NCBI GenBank assembly: GCA_964057225.1
Contig: OZ059894.1
Location: 7,502,001 to 7,566,000 of the forward strand
Length of the DNA stretch: 64,000 nucleotides
Direction of reading: 5' to 3'
Origin: Auanema rhodensis
Taxonomy: Eukaryota; Animalia; Nematoda
Under the pieces are notes generated by a model. That model made no database searches. It saw nothing but the letters and a program-made list of their open reading frames with translations, and was not told where the DNA came from. The position numbers and the translations under genes were made by a program. Below are positions 29,801-44,800 of the stretch, piece by piece; within the stretch, counting starts at the first letter, position 1; every line of letters starts with the position of its first letter.

Positions 29801-32800
29801 AATAGACGGCAGATCTCTTGTGAGATCATATTCTAGGAGATAATGTGGCCGAATGGTCTAGGGGTATGATTCTCGCTTTGGGTGCGAGAGGTCCCGGGTT
29901 CAAATCCCGGTTCGGCCCAAACTTTTGCTTTCTTTTGTTTCAGAAACAGTTTTGATAAAGCTTTCAGTTTCGGAACTTCTCTCAAATCCTTTCTTTGGAT
30001 AATTTCCGGTAAAAAGGTCTAGGCTTATGGTTACGTTGTTTGGATGCATCAGGAATAGACGGCGGATCTCTTGTGAGATGATATTCTAGGAGATAATGTC
30101 GATTGGACATTGTTTCTTGGATATATTGTGATACAAAACTCCAAGTTTATGATTACCGTGTTTGGATGCATCAGGAATAGACGGCAGATTTCTTGTGAGA
30201 TCATATTCTAGGAGATAATGTCGATTGGACATTGTTTCTTGGATATATTGTGATAAAAAGGTCCAAGCTTATGATTACGTTGTTCGGATGCATCAGGAAT
30301 AGACGGCGGATCTCTTGTGAGATGATATTTTGGGAGATAATGTGGCCGAATGGTCTAGGGGTATGATTCTCGCTTTGGGTGCGAGAGGTCCCGGGTTCAA
30401 ATCCCGGTTCGGCCCAAACTTTTGCTTTCTTTTGTTTCTGAAACAGTTTTGATAAAGCTTTCAGTTTCGGAACTTCTCTCAAATCCTTTCTTTGGATAAT
30501 TTCCGGTAAAGAGGTCTAGGCTTATGGTTACGTTGTTTGCATGCATCAGGAATAGACGGCGGATCTCTTGTGAGATGATATTCTAGGAGATAATGTCGAT
30601 TGGACATTGTTTCTTGGATATATTGTGATAAAAAGGTCCAAGCTTATGATTACGTTGTTCGGATGCATCAGGAATAGACGGCGGATCTCTTGTGAGATCA
30701 TATTCTAGGAGATAATGTGGCCGAATGGTCTAGGGGTATGATTCTCGCTTTGGGTGCGAGAGGTCCCGGGTTCAAATCCCGGTTCGGCCCAAAATTTTGC
30801 TTTCTTTTGTTTCAGAAACAGTTTTGATAGAGCTTTCAGTTTCGGAACTTCTCTCAAATCCTTTCTTTGGATAATTTCCGGTAAAAAGGTCTAGGCTTAT
30901 GGTTACGTTGTTTGGATGCATCAGGAATAGACGGCGGATCTCTTGTGAGATGATATTCTAGGAGATAATGTCGATTGGACATTGTTTCTTGGATATATTG
31001 TGATAAAAAACTCCAAGCTTATGATTACCGTGTTTGGATGCATCAGGAATAGACGGCAGATCTCTTGTGAGATCATATTCTAGGAGATAATGTGGCCGAA
31101 TGGTCTAGGGGTATGATTCTCGCTTTGGGTGCGAGAGGTCCCGGGTTCAAATCCCGGTTCGGCCCAAACTTTTGCTTTCTTTTGTTTCAGAAACAGTTTT
31201 GATAAAGCTTTCAGTTTCGGAACTTCTCTCAAATCCTTTCTTCGGATAATTTCCGGTAAAAAGGTCTAGGCTTATGGTTACGTTGTTTGGATGCATCAGG
31301 AATAGACGGCGGATCTCTTGTGAGATGATATTCTAGGAGATAATGTCGATTGGACATTGTTTCTTGGATATATTGTGATACAAAACTCCAAGTTTATGAT
31401 TACCGTGTTTGGATGCATCAGGAATAGACGGCAGATTTCTTGTGAGATCATATTCTAGGAGATAATGTCGATTGGACATTGTTTCTTGGATATATTGTGA
31501 TAAAAAGGTCCAAGCTTATGATTACGTTGTTCGGATGCATCAGGAATAGACGGCGGATCTCTTGTGAGATGATATTCTGGGAGATAATGTGGCCGAATGG
31601 TCTAGGGGTATGATTCTCGCTTTGGGTGCGAGAGGTCCCGGGTTCAAATCCCGGTTCGGCCCAAACTTTTGCTTTCTTTTGTTTCAGAAACAGTTTTGAT
31701 AAGGCTTTCAGTTTCGGAACTTCTCTCAAATCCTTTCATTGGATATATTCTGGTAAAAAGGTCTAGGCTTATGGTTACGTTGTTTGGATGCATCAGGAAT
31801 AGACGGCGGATCTCTTGTGAGATCATATTCTAGGAGATAATGTGGCCGAATGGTCTAGGGGTATGATTCTCGCTTTGGGTGCGAGAGGTCCCGGGTTCAA
31901 ATCCCGGTTCGGCCCAAACTTTTGCTTTCTTTTGTTTCAGAAACAGTTTTGATAAAGCTTTCAGTTTCGGAACTTCTCTCAAATCCTTTCTTTGGATAAT
32001 TTCCGGTAAAAAAGTCTAGGCTTATGGTTACGTTGTTTGGATGCATCAGGAATAGACGGCGGATCTCTTGTGAGATGATATTCTAGTAGATAATGTCGAT
32101 TGGACATTGTTTCTTGGATATATTGTGATAAAAAGGTCCAAGCTTATGATTACGTTGTTCGGATGCATCAGGAATAGACGGCGGATCTCTTGTAAGATGA
32201 TATTCTGGGAGATAATGTGGCCGAATGGTCTAGGGGTATGATTCTCGCTTTGGGTGCGAGAGGTCCCGGGTTCAAATCCCGGTTCGGCCCAAAATTTTGC
32301 TTTCTTTTGTTTCAGAAACAGTTTTGATAAAGCTTTCAGTTTCGGAACTTCTCTCAAATCCTTTCATTGGATATATTCTGGTAAAAAGGTCTAGGCTTAT
32401 GGTTACGTTGTTTGGATGCATCAGGAATAGACGGCGGATCTCTTGTGAGATCATATTCTAGGAGATAATGTGGCCGAATGGTCTAGGGGTATGATTCTCG
32501 CTTTGGGTGCGAGAGGTCCCGGGTTCAAATCCCGGTTCGGCCCAAAATTTTGCTTTCTTTTGTTTCAGAAAGAGTTTTGATAAAGCTTTCACTTTCGGAA
32601 CTTCTCTCAAATCCTTTCTTTGGATAATTTCCGGTAAAATGGTCTAGGCTTATGGTTACGTTGTTTGGATGCATCAGGAATAGACGGCGGATCTCTTGTG
32701 AGATGATATTCTAGGAGATAATGTCGATTGGACATTGTTTCTTGGATATATTGTGATAAAAAACTCCAAGCTTATGATTACCGTGTTTGGATGCATCAGG

Positions 32801-35800
32801 AATAGTCGGCAGATCTCTTGTGAGATCATATTCTAGGAGATAATGTCGATTGGACATTGTTTCTTGGATATATTGTGATAAAAAGGTCCAAGCTTATGAT
32901 TACGTTGTTTGGATGCATAAGGGATAGACGGCGGATCTCTTGTGAGATGATATTCTAGGAGATAATGTGGCCGAATGGTCTAGGGGTATGATTCTCGCTT
33001 TGGGTGCGAGAGGTCCCGGGTTCAAATCCCGGTTCGGCCCAAAATTTTGTTTTCTTTTATTTCAGAAACAGTTTTGATAAAGCTTTCAGTTTCGGAACTT
33101 CTCTCAAATCCTTTCTTTGGATAATTTCCGGTAAAAAGGTCTAGGCTTATGGTTACGTTGTTTAGATGCATCAGGAATAGACGGCGGATCTCTTGTGAGA
33201 TGATATTCTAGGAGATAATGTCGATTGGACATTGTTTCTTGGATATATTGTGATAAAAAACTCCAAGCTTATGATTACCGTGCTTGGATGCATCAGGAAT
33301 AGACGGCAGATCTCTTGTGAGATCATATTCTAGGAGATAATGTGGCCGAATGGTCTAGGGGTATGATTCTCGCTTTGGGTGCGAGAGGTCCCGGGTTCAA
33401 ATCCCGGTTCGGCCCAAACTTTTGCTTTCTTTTGTTTCAGAAACAGTTTTGATAAAGCTTTCAGTTTCCGAACTTCTCTCAAATCCTTTCTTTGGATAAT
33501 TTCCGGTAAAAAGGTCTAGGCTTATGGTTACGTTGTTTAGATGCATCAGGAATAGACGGCGGATCTCTTGTGAGATGATATTCTAGGAGATAATGTCGAT
33601 TGGACATTGTTTCTTGGATATATTGTGATAAAAAACTCCAAGCTTATGATTACCGTGTTTGGATGCATCAGGAATAGACGGCAGATCTCTTGTGAGATCA
33701 TATTCTAGGAGATAATGTGGCCGAATGGTCTAGGGGTATGATTCTCGCTTTGGGTGCGAGAGGTCCCGGGTTCAAATCCCGGTTCGGCCCAAACTTTTGC
33801 TTTCTTTTGTTTCAGAAACAGTTTTGATAAAGCTTTCAGTTTCGGAACTTCTCTCAAATCCTTTCTTTGGATAATTTCCGGTAAAAAGGTCTAGGCTTAT
33901 GGTTACGTTGTTTGGATGCATCAGGAATAGACGGCGGATCTCTTGTGAGATGATATTCTAGGAGATAATGTCGATTGGACATTGTTTCTTGGATATATTG
34001 TGATAAAAAACTCCAAGCTTATGATTACCGTGTTTGGATGCATCAGGAATAGACGGCAGATCTCTTGTGAGATCATATTCTAGGAGATAATGTGGCCGAA
34101 TGGTCTAGGGGTATGATTCTCGCTTTGGGTGCGAGAGGTCCCGGGTTCAAATCCCGGTTCGGCCCAAACTTTTGCTTTCTTTTGTTTCAGAAACAGTTTT
34201 GATAAAGCTTTCAGTTTCGGAACTTCTCTCAAATCCTTTCTTTGGATAATTTCCGGTAAAAAGGTCTAGGCTTATGGTTACGTTGTTTGGATGCATAAGG
34301 TATAGACGGCGTTCTCTTGTGAGATGTTATTCTGGGAGATAATGTGGCCGAATGGTCTAGGGGTATGATTCTCGCTTTGGGTGCGAGAGGTCTTTGGTTC
34401 AAACCCCGGTTCGGCCCAAAATTTTGCTTTCTTTTGTTTCAGAAACAGTTTTGATAAAGCTTTCAGTTTCGGAACTTCTCTCAAATCCTTTCTTTGGATA
34501 ATTTCCGGTAAAAAGGTCTAGGCTTATGGTTACGTTGTTTGGATGCATCAGGAATAGACGGCGGATCTCTTGTGAGATGATATTCTAGGAGATAATGTCG
34601 ATTGGACATTGTTTCTTGGATATATTGTGATAAAAAACTCCAAGCTTATGATTACCGTGTTTGGATGCATCAGGAATAGACGGCAGATCTCTTGTGAGAT
34701 CATATTCTAGGAGATAATGTGGCCGAATGGTCTAGGGGTATGATTCTCGCTTTGGGTGCGAGAGGTCCCGGGTTCAAATCCCGGTTCGGCCCAAAATTTT
34801 GCTTTCTTTTGTTTCAGAAACAGTTTTGATAAAGCTTTCAGTTTCGGAACTTCTCTCAAATCCTTTCATTGGATATATTCTGGTAAAAAGGTCTAGGCTT
34901 ATGGTTACTTTGTTTGGATGCATAAGGGATAGACGGCGTTTTCTTGTGAGATGTTATTCTGGGAGATAATGTGGCCGAATGGTCTAGGGGTATGATTCTC
35001 GCTTTGGGTGCGAGAGGTCCCGGGTTCAAATCCCGGTTCGGCCCAAAATTTTGCTTTCTTTTGTTTCAGAAACAGTTTTGATAAAGCTTTCAGTTTCGGA
35101 ACTTCTCTAAAATCCTTTCTTTGGATAATTTCCGGTAAAAAGGTCTAGGCTTATGGTTACGTTGTTTGGATGCATAAGGTATAGACGGCGTTCTCTTGTG
35201 AGATGTTATTCTGGGAGATAATGTGGCCGAATGGTCTAGGGGTATGATTCTCGCTTTGGGTGCGAGAGGTCTTTGGTTCAAACCCCGGTTCGGCCCAAAA
35301 TTTTGCTTTCTTTTGTTTCAGAAACAGTTTTGATAAAGCTTTCAGTTTCGGAACTTCTCTCAAATCCTTTCTTTGGATAATTTCCGGTAAAAAGGTCTAG
35401 GCTTATGGTTACGTTGTTTGGATGCATCAGGAATAGACGGCGGATCTCTTGTGAGATGATATTCTAGGAGATAATGTCGATTGGACATTGTTTCTTGGAT
35501 ATATTGTGATAAAAAACTCCAAGCTTATGATTACCGTGTTTGGATGCATCAGGAATAGACGGCAGATCTCTTGTGAGATCATATTCTAGGAGATAATGTG
35601 GCCGAATGGTCTAGGGGTATGATTCTCGCTTTGGGTGCGAGAGGTCCCGGGTTCAAATCCCGGTTCGGCCCAAAATTTTGCTTTCTTTTGTTTCAGAAAC
35701 AGTTTTGATAAAGCTTTCAGTTTCGGAACTTCTCTCAAATCCTTTCATTGGATATATTCTGGTAAAAAGGTCTAGGCTTATGGTTACTTTGTTTGGATGC

Positions 35801-38800
35801 ATAAGGGATAGACGGCGTTTTCTTGTGAGATGTTATTCTGGGAGATAATGTGGCCGAATGGTCTAGGGGTATGATTCTCGCTTTGGGTGCGAGAGGTCCC
35901 GGGTTCAAATCCCGGTTCGGCCCAAAATTTTGCTTTCTTTTGTTTCAGAAACAGTTTTGATAGAGCTTTCAGTTTCGGAACTTCTCTCAAATCCTTTCTT
36001 TGGATAATTTCCGGTAAAAAGGTCTAGGCTTATGGTTACGTTGTTTGGATGCATCAGGAATAGACGGCGGATCTCTTGTGAGATGATATTCTAGGAGATA
36101 ATGTCGATTGGACATTGTTTCTTGGATATATTGTGATAAAAAACTCCAAGCTTATGATTACCGTGTTTGGATGCATCAGGAATAGACGGCAGATCTCTTG
36201 TGAGATCATATTCTAGGAGATAATGTGGCCGAATGGTCTAGGAGTATGATTCTCGCTTTGGGTGCGAGAGGTCCCGGGTTCAAATCCCGGTTCGGCCCAA
36301 ACTTTTGCTTTCTTTTGTTTCAGAAACAGTTTTGATAAAGCTTTCAGTTTCGGAACTTCTCTCAAATCCTTTCTTTGGATAATTTCCGGTAAAAAGGTCT
36401 AGGCTTATGGTTACGTTGTTTGGATGCATCAGGAATAGACGGCGGATCTCTTGTGAGATGATATTCTAGGAGATAATGTCGATTGGACATTGTTTCTTGG
36501 ATATATTGTGATAAAAAACTCCAAGCTTATGATTACCGTGTTTGGATGCATAAGGGATAGACGGCGGATCTCTTGTGAGATCATATTCTAGGAGATAATG
36601 TGGCCGAATGGTCTAGGGGTATGATTCTCGCTTTGGGTGCGAGAGGTCCCGGGTTCAAATCCCGGTTCGGCCCAAACTTTTGCTTTCTTTTGTTTCAGAA
36701 ACAGTTTTCATAAAGCTTTCAGTTTCGGAACTTCTCTCAAATCCTTTCATTGGATATATTCTGGTAAAAAGGTCTAGGCTTATGGTTACTTTGTTTGGAT
36801 GCATAAGGGATAGACGGCGTTTTCTTGTGAGATGTTATTCTGGGAGATAATGTGGCCGAATGGTCTAGGGGTATGATTCTCGCTTTGGGTGCGAGAGGTC
36901 CCGGGTTCAAATCCCGGTTCGGCCCAAAATTTTGCTTTCTTTTGTTTCAGAAACAGTTTTGATAGAGCTTTCAGTTTCGGAACTTCTCTCAAATCCTTTC
37001 TTTGGATAATTTCCGGTAAAAAGGTCTAGGCTTATGGTTACGTTGTTTGGATGCATCAGGAATAGACGGCGGATCTCTTGTGAGATGATATTCTAGGAGA
37101 TAATGTCGATTGGACATTGTTTCTTGGATATATTGTGATAAAAAAGTCCAAGCATATGATTACCGTGTTTGGATGCATCAGGAATAGACGGCAGATCTCT
37201 TGTGAGATCATATTCTAGGAGATAATGTGGCCGAATGGTCTAGGGGTATGATTCTCGCTTTGGGTGCGAGAGGTCCCGGGTTCAAATCCCGGTTCGGCCC
37301 AAAATTTTGCTTTCTTTTGTTTCAGAAACAGTTTTGATAAAGCTTTCAGTTTCGGAACTTCTCTCAAATCCTTTCATTGGATATATTCTGGTAAAAAGGT
37401 CTAGGCTTATGGTTACTTTGTTTGGATGCATAAGGGATAGACGGCGTTTTCTTGTGAGATGTTATTCTGGGAGATAATGTGGCCGAATGGTCTAGGGGTA
37501 TGATTCTCGCTTTGGGTGCGAGAGGTCCCGGGTTCAAATCCCGGTTCGGCCCAAAATTTTGCTTTCTTTTGTTTCAGAAACAGTTTTGATAGAGCTTTCA
37601 GTTTCGGAACTTCTCTCAAATCCTTTCTTTGGATAATTTCCGGTAAAAAGGTCTAGGCTTATGGTTACGTTGTTTGGATGCATCAGGAATAGACGGCGGA
37701 TCTCTTGTGAGATGATATTCTAGGAGATAATGTCGATTGGACATTGTTTCTTGGATATATTGTGATAAAAAACTCCAAGCTTATGATTACCGTGTTTGGA
37801 TGCATCAGGAATAGACGGCAGATCTCTTGTGAGATCATATTCTAGGAGATAATGTGGCCGAATGGTCTAGGAGTATGATTCTCGCTTTGGGTGCGAGAGG
37901 TCCCGGGTTCAAATCCCGGTTCGGCCCAAACTTTTGCTTTCTTTTGTTTCAGAAACAGTTTTGATAAAGCTTTCAGTTTCGGAACTTCTCTCAAATCCTT
38001 TCTTTGGATAATTTCCGGTAAAAAGGTCTAGGCTTATGGTTACGTTGTTTGGATGCATCAGGAATAGACGGCGGATCTCTTGTGAGATGATATTCTAGGA
38101 GATAATGTCGATTGGACATTGTTTCTTGGATATATTGTGATAAAAAACTCCAAGCTTATGATTACCGTGTTTGGATGCATAAGGGATAGACGGCGGATCT
38201 CTTGTGAGATCATATTCTAGGAGATAATGTGGCCGAATGGTCTAGGGGTATGATTCTCGCTTTGGGTGCGAGAGGTCCCGGGTTCAAATCCCGGTTCGGC
38301 CCAAACTTTTGCTTTCTTTTGTTTCAGAAACAGTTTTCATAAAGCTTTCAGTTTCGGAACTTCTCTCAAACCCTTTCATTGGATATATTCTGGTAAAAAG
38401 GTCTAGGCTTATGGTTACTTTGTTTGCATGCATAAGGGATAGACGGCGTTCTCTTGTGAGATGTTATTCTAGGAGATAATGTGGCCGAATGGTCTAGGGG
38501 TATGATTCTCGCTTTGGGTGCGAGAGGTCCCGGGTTCAAATCCCGGTTCGGCCCAAAATTTTGCTTTCTTTTGTTTCAGAAACAGTTTTGATAAAGCTTT
38601 CAGTTTCGGAACTTCTCTCAAATCCTTTCATTGGATATATTCTGGTAAAAAGGTCTAGGCTTATGGTTACTTTGTTTGGATGCATAAGGGATAGACGGCG
38701 TTTTCTTGTGAGATGTTATTCTGGGAGATAATGTGGCCGAATGGTCTAGGGGTATGATTCTCGCTTTGGGTGCGAGAGGTCCCGGGTTCAAATCCCGGTT

Positions 38801-41800
38801 CGGCCCAAAATTTTGCTTTCTTTTGTTTCAGAAACAGTTTTGATAGAGCTTTCAGTTTCGGAACTTCTCTCAAATCCTTTCTTTGGATAATTTCCGGTAA
38901 AAAGGTCTAGGCTTATGGTTACGTTGTTTGGATGCATCAGGAATAGACGGCGGATCTCTTGTGAGATGATATTCTAGGAGATAATGTCGATTGGACATTG
39001 TTTCTTGGATATATTGTGATAAAAAAGTCCAAGCATATGATTACCGTGTTTGGATGCATCAGGAATAGACGGCAGATCTCTTGTGAGATCATATTCTAGG
39101 AGATAATGTGGCCGAATGGTCTAGGGGTATGATTCTCGCTTTGGGTGCGAGAGGTCCCGGGTTCAAATCCCGGTTCGGCCCAAAATTTTGCTTTCTTTTG
39201 TTTCAGAAACAGTTTTGATAAAGCTTTCAGTTTCGGAACTTCTCTCAAATCCTTTCATTGGATATATTCTGGTAAAAAGGTCTAGGCTTATGGTTACTTT
39301 GTTTGGATGCATAAGGGATAGACGGCGTTTTCTTGTGAGATGTTATTCTGGGAGATAATGTGGCCGAATGGTCTAGGGGTATGATTCTCGCTTTGGGTGC
39401 GAGAGGTCCCGGGTTCAAATCCCGGTTCGGCCCAAAATTTTGCTTTCTTTTGTTTCAGAAACAGTTTTGATAGAGCTTTCAGTTTCGGAACTTCTCTCAA
39501 ATCCTTTCTTTGGATAATTTCCGGTAAAAAGGTCTAGGCTTATGGTTACGTTGTTTGGATGCATCAGGAATAGACGGCGGATCTCTTGTGAGATGATATT
39601 CTAGGAGATAATGTCGATTGGACATTGTTTCTTGGATATATTGTGATAAAAAACTCCAAGCTTATGATTACCGTGTTTGGATGCATCAGGAATAGACGGC
39701 AGATCTCTTGTGAGATCATATTCTAGGAGATAATGTGGCCGAATGGTCTAGGAGTATGATTCTCGCTTTGGGTGCGAGAGGTCCCGGGTTCAAATCCCGG
39801 TTCGGCCCAAACTTTTGCTTTCTTTTGTTTCAGAAACAGTTTTGATAAAGCTTTCAGTTTCGGAACTTCTCTCAAATCCTTTCTTTGGATAATTTCCGGT
39901 AAAAAGGTCTAGGCTTATGGTTACGTTGTTTGGATGCATCAGGAATAGACGGCGGATCTCTTGTGAGATGATATTCTAGGAGATAATGTCGATTGGACAT
40001 TGTTTCTTGGATATATTGTGATAAAAAACTCCAAGCTTATGATTACCGTGTTTGGATGCATAAGGGATAGACGGCGGATCTCTTGTGAGATCATATTCTA
40101 GGAGATAATGTGGCCGAATGGTCTAGGGGTATGATTCTCGCTTTGGGTGCGAGAGGTCCCGGGTTCAAATCCCGGTTCGGCCCAAACTTTTGCTTTCTTT
40201 TGTTTCAGAAACAGTTTTCATAAAGCTTTCAGTTTCGGAACTTCTCTCAAACCCTTTCATTGGATATATTCTGGTAAAAAGGTCTAGGCTTATGGTTACT
40301 TTGTTTGCATGCATAAGGGATAGACGGCGTTCTCTTGTGAGATGTTATTCTAGGAGATAATGTGGCCGAATGGTCTAGGGGTATGATTCTCGCTTTGGGT
40401 GCGAGAGGTCCCGGGTTCAAATCCCGGTTCGGCCCAAAATTTTGCTTTCTTTTGTTTCAGAAACAGTTTTGATAAAGCTTTCAGTTTCGGAACTTCTCTC
40501 AAATCCTTTCATTGGATATATTCTGGTAAAAAGGTCTAGGCTTATGGTTACTTTGTTTGGATGCATAAGGGATAGACGGCGTTTTCTTGTGAGATGTTAT
40601 TCTGGGAGATAATGTGGCCGAATGGTCTAGGGGTATGATTCTCGCTTTGGGTGCGAGAGGTCCCGGGTTCAAATCCCGGTTCGGCCCAAAATTTTGCTTT
40701 CTTTTGTTTCAGAAACAGTTTTGATAGAGCTTTCAGTTTCGGAACTTCTCTCAAATCCTTTCTTTGGATAATTTCCGGTAAAAAGGTCTAGGCTTATGGT
40801 TACGTTGTTTGGATGCATCAGGAATAGACGGCGGATCTCTTGTGAGATGATATTCTAGGAGATAATGTCGATTGGACATTGTTTCTTGGATATATTGTGA
40901 TAAAAAAGTCCAAGCATATGATTACCGTGTTTGGATGCATCAGGAATAGACGGCAGATCTCTTGTGAGATCATATTCTAGGAGATAATGTGGCCGAATGG
41001 TCTAGGGGTATGATTCTCGCTTTGGGTGCGAGAGGTCCCGGGTTCAAATCCCGGTTCGGCCCAAACTTTTGCTTTCTTTTGTTTCAGAAACAGTTTTGAT
41101 AAAGCTTTCAGTTTCGGAACTTCTCTCAAATCCTTTCTTTGGATAATTTCCGGTAAAAAGGTCTAGGCTTATGGTTACGTTGTTTGGATGCATCAGGAAT
41201 AGACGGCGGATCTCTTGTGAGATGATATTCTAGGAGATAATGTCGATTGGACATTGTTTCTTGGATATATTGTGATAAAAAACTCCAAGTTTATGATTAC
41301 CGTGTTTGGATGCATCAGGAATAGACGGCAGATTTCTTGTGAGATCATATTCTAGGAGATAATGTCGATTGGACATTGTTTCTTGGATATATTGTGATAA
41401 AAAGGTCCAAGCTTATGATTACGTTGTTCGGATGCATCAGGAATAGACGTCGGATCTCTTGTGAGATGATATTCTGGGAGATAATGTGGCCGAATGGTCT
41501 AGGGGTATGATTCTCGCTTTGGGTGCGAGAGGTCCCGGGTTCAAATCCCGGTTCGGCCCAAACTTTTGCTTTCTTTTGTTTCAGAAACAGTTTTGATAAA
41601 GCTTTCAGTTTCGGAACTTCTCTCAAATCCTTTCATTGGATATATTCTGGTAAAAAGGTCTAGGCTTATGGTTAAGTTGTTTGGATGCATCAGGAATAGA
41701 CGGCGGATCTCTTGTGAGATCATATTCTAGGAGATAATGTGGCCGAATGGTCTAGGGGTATGATTCTCGCTTTGGGTGCGAGAGGTCCCGGGTTCAAATT

Positions 41801-44800
41801 CCGGTTCGGCCCAAACTTTTGCTTTCTTTTGTTTCAGAAACAGTTTTGATAAAGCTTTCAGTTTCGGAACTTCTCTCAAATCCTTTCTTTGGATAATTTC
41901 CGGTAAAAAGGTCTAGGCTTATGGTTACGTTGTTTGGATGCATCAGGAATAGACGGCGGATCTCTTGTGAGATGATATTCTAGTAGATAATGTCGATTGG
42001 ACATTGTTTCTTGGATATATTGTGATAAAAAGGTCCAAGCTTATGATTACGTTGTTCGGATGCATCAGGAATAGACGGCGGATCTCTTGTGAGATGATAT
42101 TCTGGGAGATAATGTGGCCGAATGGTCTAGGGGTATGATTCTCGCTTTGGGTGCGAGAGGTCCCGGGTTCAAATCCCGGTTCGGCCCAAACTTTTGCTTT
42201 CTTTTGTTTCAGAAACAGTTTTGATAAAGCTTTCAGTTTCGGAACTTCTCTCAAATCCTTTCATTGGATATATTCTGGTAAAAAGGTCTAGGCTTATGGT
42301 TACGTTGTTTGGATGCATCAGGAATAGACGGCGGATCTCTTGTGAGATCATATTCTAGGAGATAATGTGGCCGAATGGTCTAGGGGTATGATTCTCGCTT
42401 TGGGTGCGAGAGGTCCCGGGTTCAAATCCCGGTTCGGCCCAAACTTTTGCTTTCTTTTGTTTCAGAAACAGTTTTGATAAAGCTTTCAGTTTCGGAACTT
42501 CTCTCAAATCCTTTCTTTGGATAATTTCCGGTAAAAAGGTCTAGGCTTATGGTTACGTTGTTTGGATGCATCAGGAATAGACGGCGGATCTCTTGTGAGA
42601 TGATATTCTAGTAGATAATGTCGATTGGACATTGTTTCTTGGATATATTGTGATAAAAAGGTCCAAGCTTATGATTACGTTGTTCGGATGCATCAGGAAT
42701 AGACGGCGGATCTCTTGTGAGATGATATTCTGGGAAATAATGTGGCCGAATGGTCTAGGGGTATGATTCTCGCTTTGGGTGCGAGAGGTCCCGGGTTCAA
42801 ATCCCGGTTCGGCCCAAACTTTTGCTTTCTTTTGTTTCAGAAACAGTTTTGATAAAGCTTTCAGTTTCGGAACTTCTCTCAAATCCTTTCATTGGATATA
42901 TTCTGGTAAAAAGGTCTAGGCTTATGGTTACGTTGTTTGGATGCATCAGGAATAGACGGCGGATCTCTTGTGAGATCATATTCTAGGAGATAATGTGGCC
43001 GAATGGTCTAGGGGTATGATTCTCGCTTTGGGTGCGAGAGGTCCCGGGTTCAAATCCCGGTTCGGCCCAAACTTTTGCTTTCTTTTGTTTCAGAAACAGT
43101 TTTGATAAAGCTTTCAGTTTCGGAACTTCTCTCAAATCCTTTCTTTGGATAATTTCCGGTAAAAAGGTCTAGGCTTATGGTTACGTTGTTTGGATGCATC
43201 AGGAATAGACGGCGGATCTCTTGTGAGATGATATTCTAGTAGATAATGTCGATTGGACATTGTTTCTTGGATATATTGTGATAAAAAGGTCCAAGCTTAT
43301 GATTACGTTGTTCGGATGCATCAGGAATAGACGGCGGATCTCTTGTGAGATGATATTCTGGGAGATAATGTGGCCGAATGGTCTAGGGGTATGATTCTCG
43401 CTTTGGGTGCGAGAGGTCCCGGGTTCAAATCCCGGTTCGGCCCAAAATTTTGCTTTCTTTTGTTTCAGAAACAGTTTTGATAAAGCTTTCAGTTTCGGAA
43501 CTTCTCTCAAATCCTTTCATTGGATATATTCTGGTAAAAAGGTCTAGGCTTATGGTTACGTTGTTTGGATGCATCAGGAATAGACGGCGGATCTCTTGTG
43601 AGATCATATTCTAGGAGATAATGTGGCCGAATGGTCTAGGGGTATGATTCTCGCTTTGGGTGCGAGAGGTCCCGGGTTCAAATCCCGGTTCGGCCCAAAA
43701 TTTTGCTTTCTTTTGTTTCAGAAACAGTTTTGATAAAGCTTTCAGTTTCGGAACTTCTCTCAAATCCTTTCTTTGGATAATTTCCGGTAAAATGGTCTAG
43801 GCTTATGGTTACGTTGTTTGGATGCATCAGGAATAGACGGCGGATCTCTTGTGAGATGATATTCTAGGAGATAATGTCGATTGGACATTGTTTCTTGGAT
43901 ATATTGTGATAAAAACCTCCAAGCTTATGATTACCGTGTTTGGATGCATCAGGAATAGTCGGCAGATCTCTTGTGAGATCATATTCTAGGAGATAATGTC
44001 GATTGGACATTGTTTCTTGGATATATTGTGATAAAAAGGTCCGAGCTTATGATTACGTTGTTTGGATGCATAAGGGATAGACGGCGGATCTCTTGTGAGA
44101 TGATATTCTAGGAGATAATGTGGCCGAATGGTCTAGGGGTATGATTCTCGCTTTGGGTGCGAGAGGTCCCGGGTTCAAATCCCGGTTCGGCCCAAAATTT
44201 TGTTTTCTTTTATTTCAGAAACAGTTTTGATAAAGCTTTCAGTTTCGGAACTTCTCTCAAATCCTTTCTTTGGATAATTTCCGGTAAAAAGGTCTAGGCT
44301 TATGGTTACGTTGTTTAGATGCATCAGGAATAGACGGCGGATCTCTTGTGAGATGATATTCTAGGAGATAATGTCGATTGGACATTGTTTCTTGGATATA
44401 TTGTGATAAAAAACTCCAAGCTTATGATTACCGTGTTTGGATGCATCAGGAATAGACGGCAGATCTCTTGTGAGATCATATTCTAGGAGATAATGTGGCC
44501 GAATGGTCTAGGGGTATGATTCTCGCTTTGGGTGCGAGAGGTCCCGGGTTCAAATCCCGGTTCGGCCCAAACTTTTGCTTTCTTTTGTTTCAGAAACAGT
44601 TTTGATAAAGCTTTCAGTTTCGGAACTTCTCTCAAATCCTTTCTTTGGATAATTTCCGGTAAAAAGGTCTAGGCTTATGGTTACGTTGTTTAGATGCATC
44701 AGGAATAGACGGCGGATCTCTTGTGAGATGATATTCTAGGAGATAATGTCGATTGGACATTGTTTCTTGGATATATTGTGATAAAAAACTCCAAGCTTAT

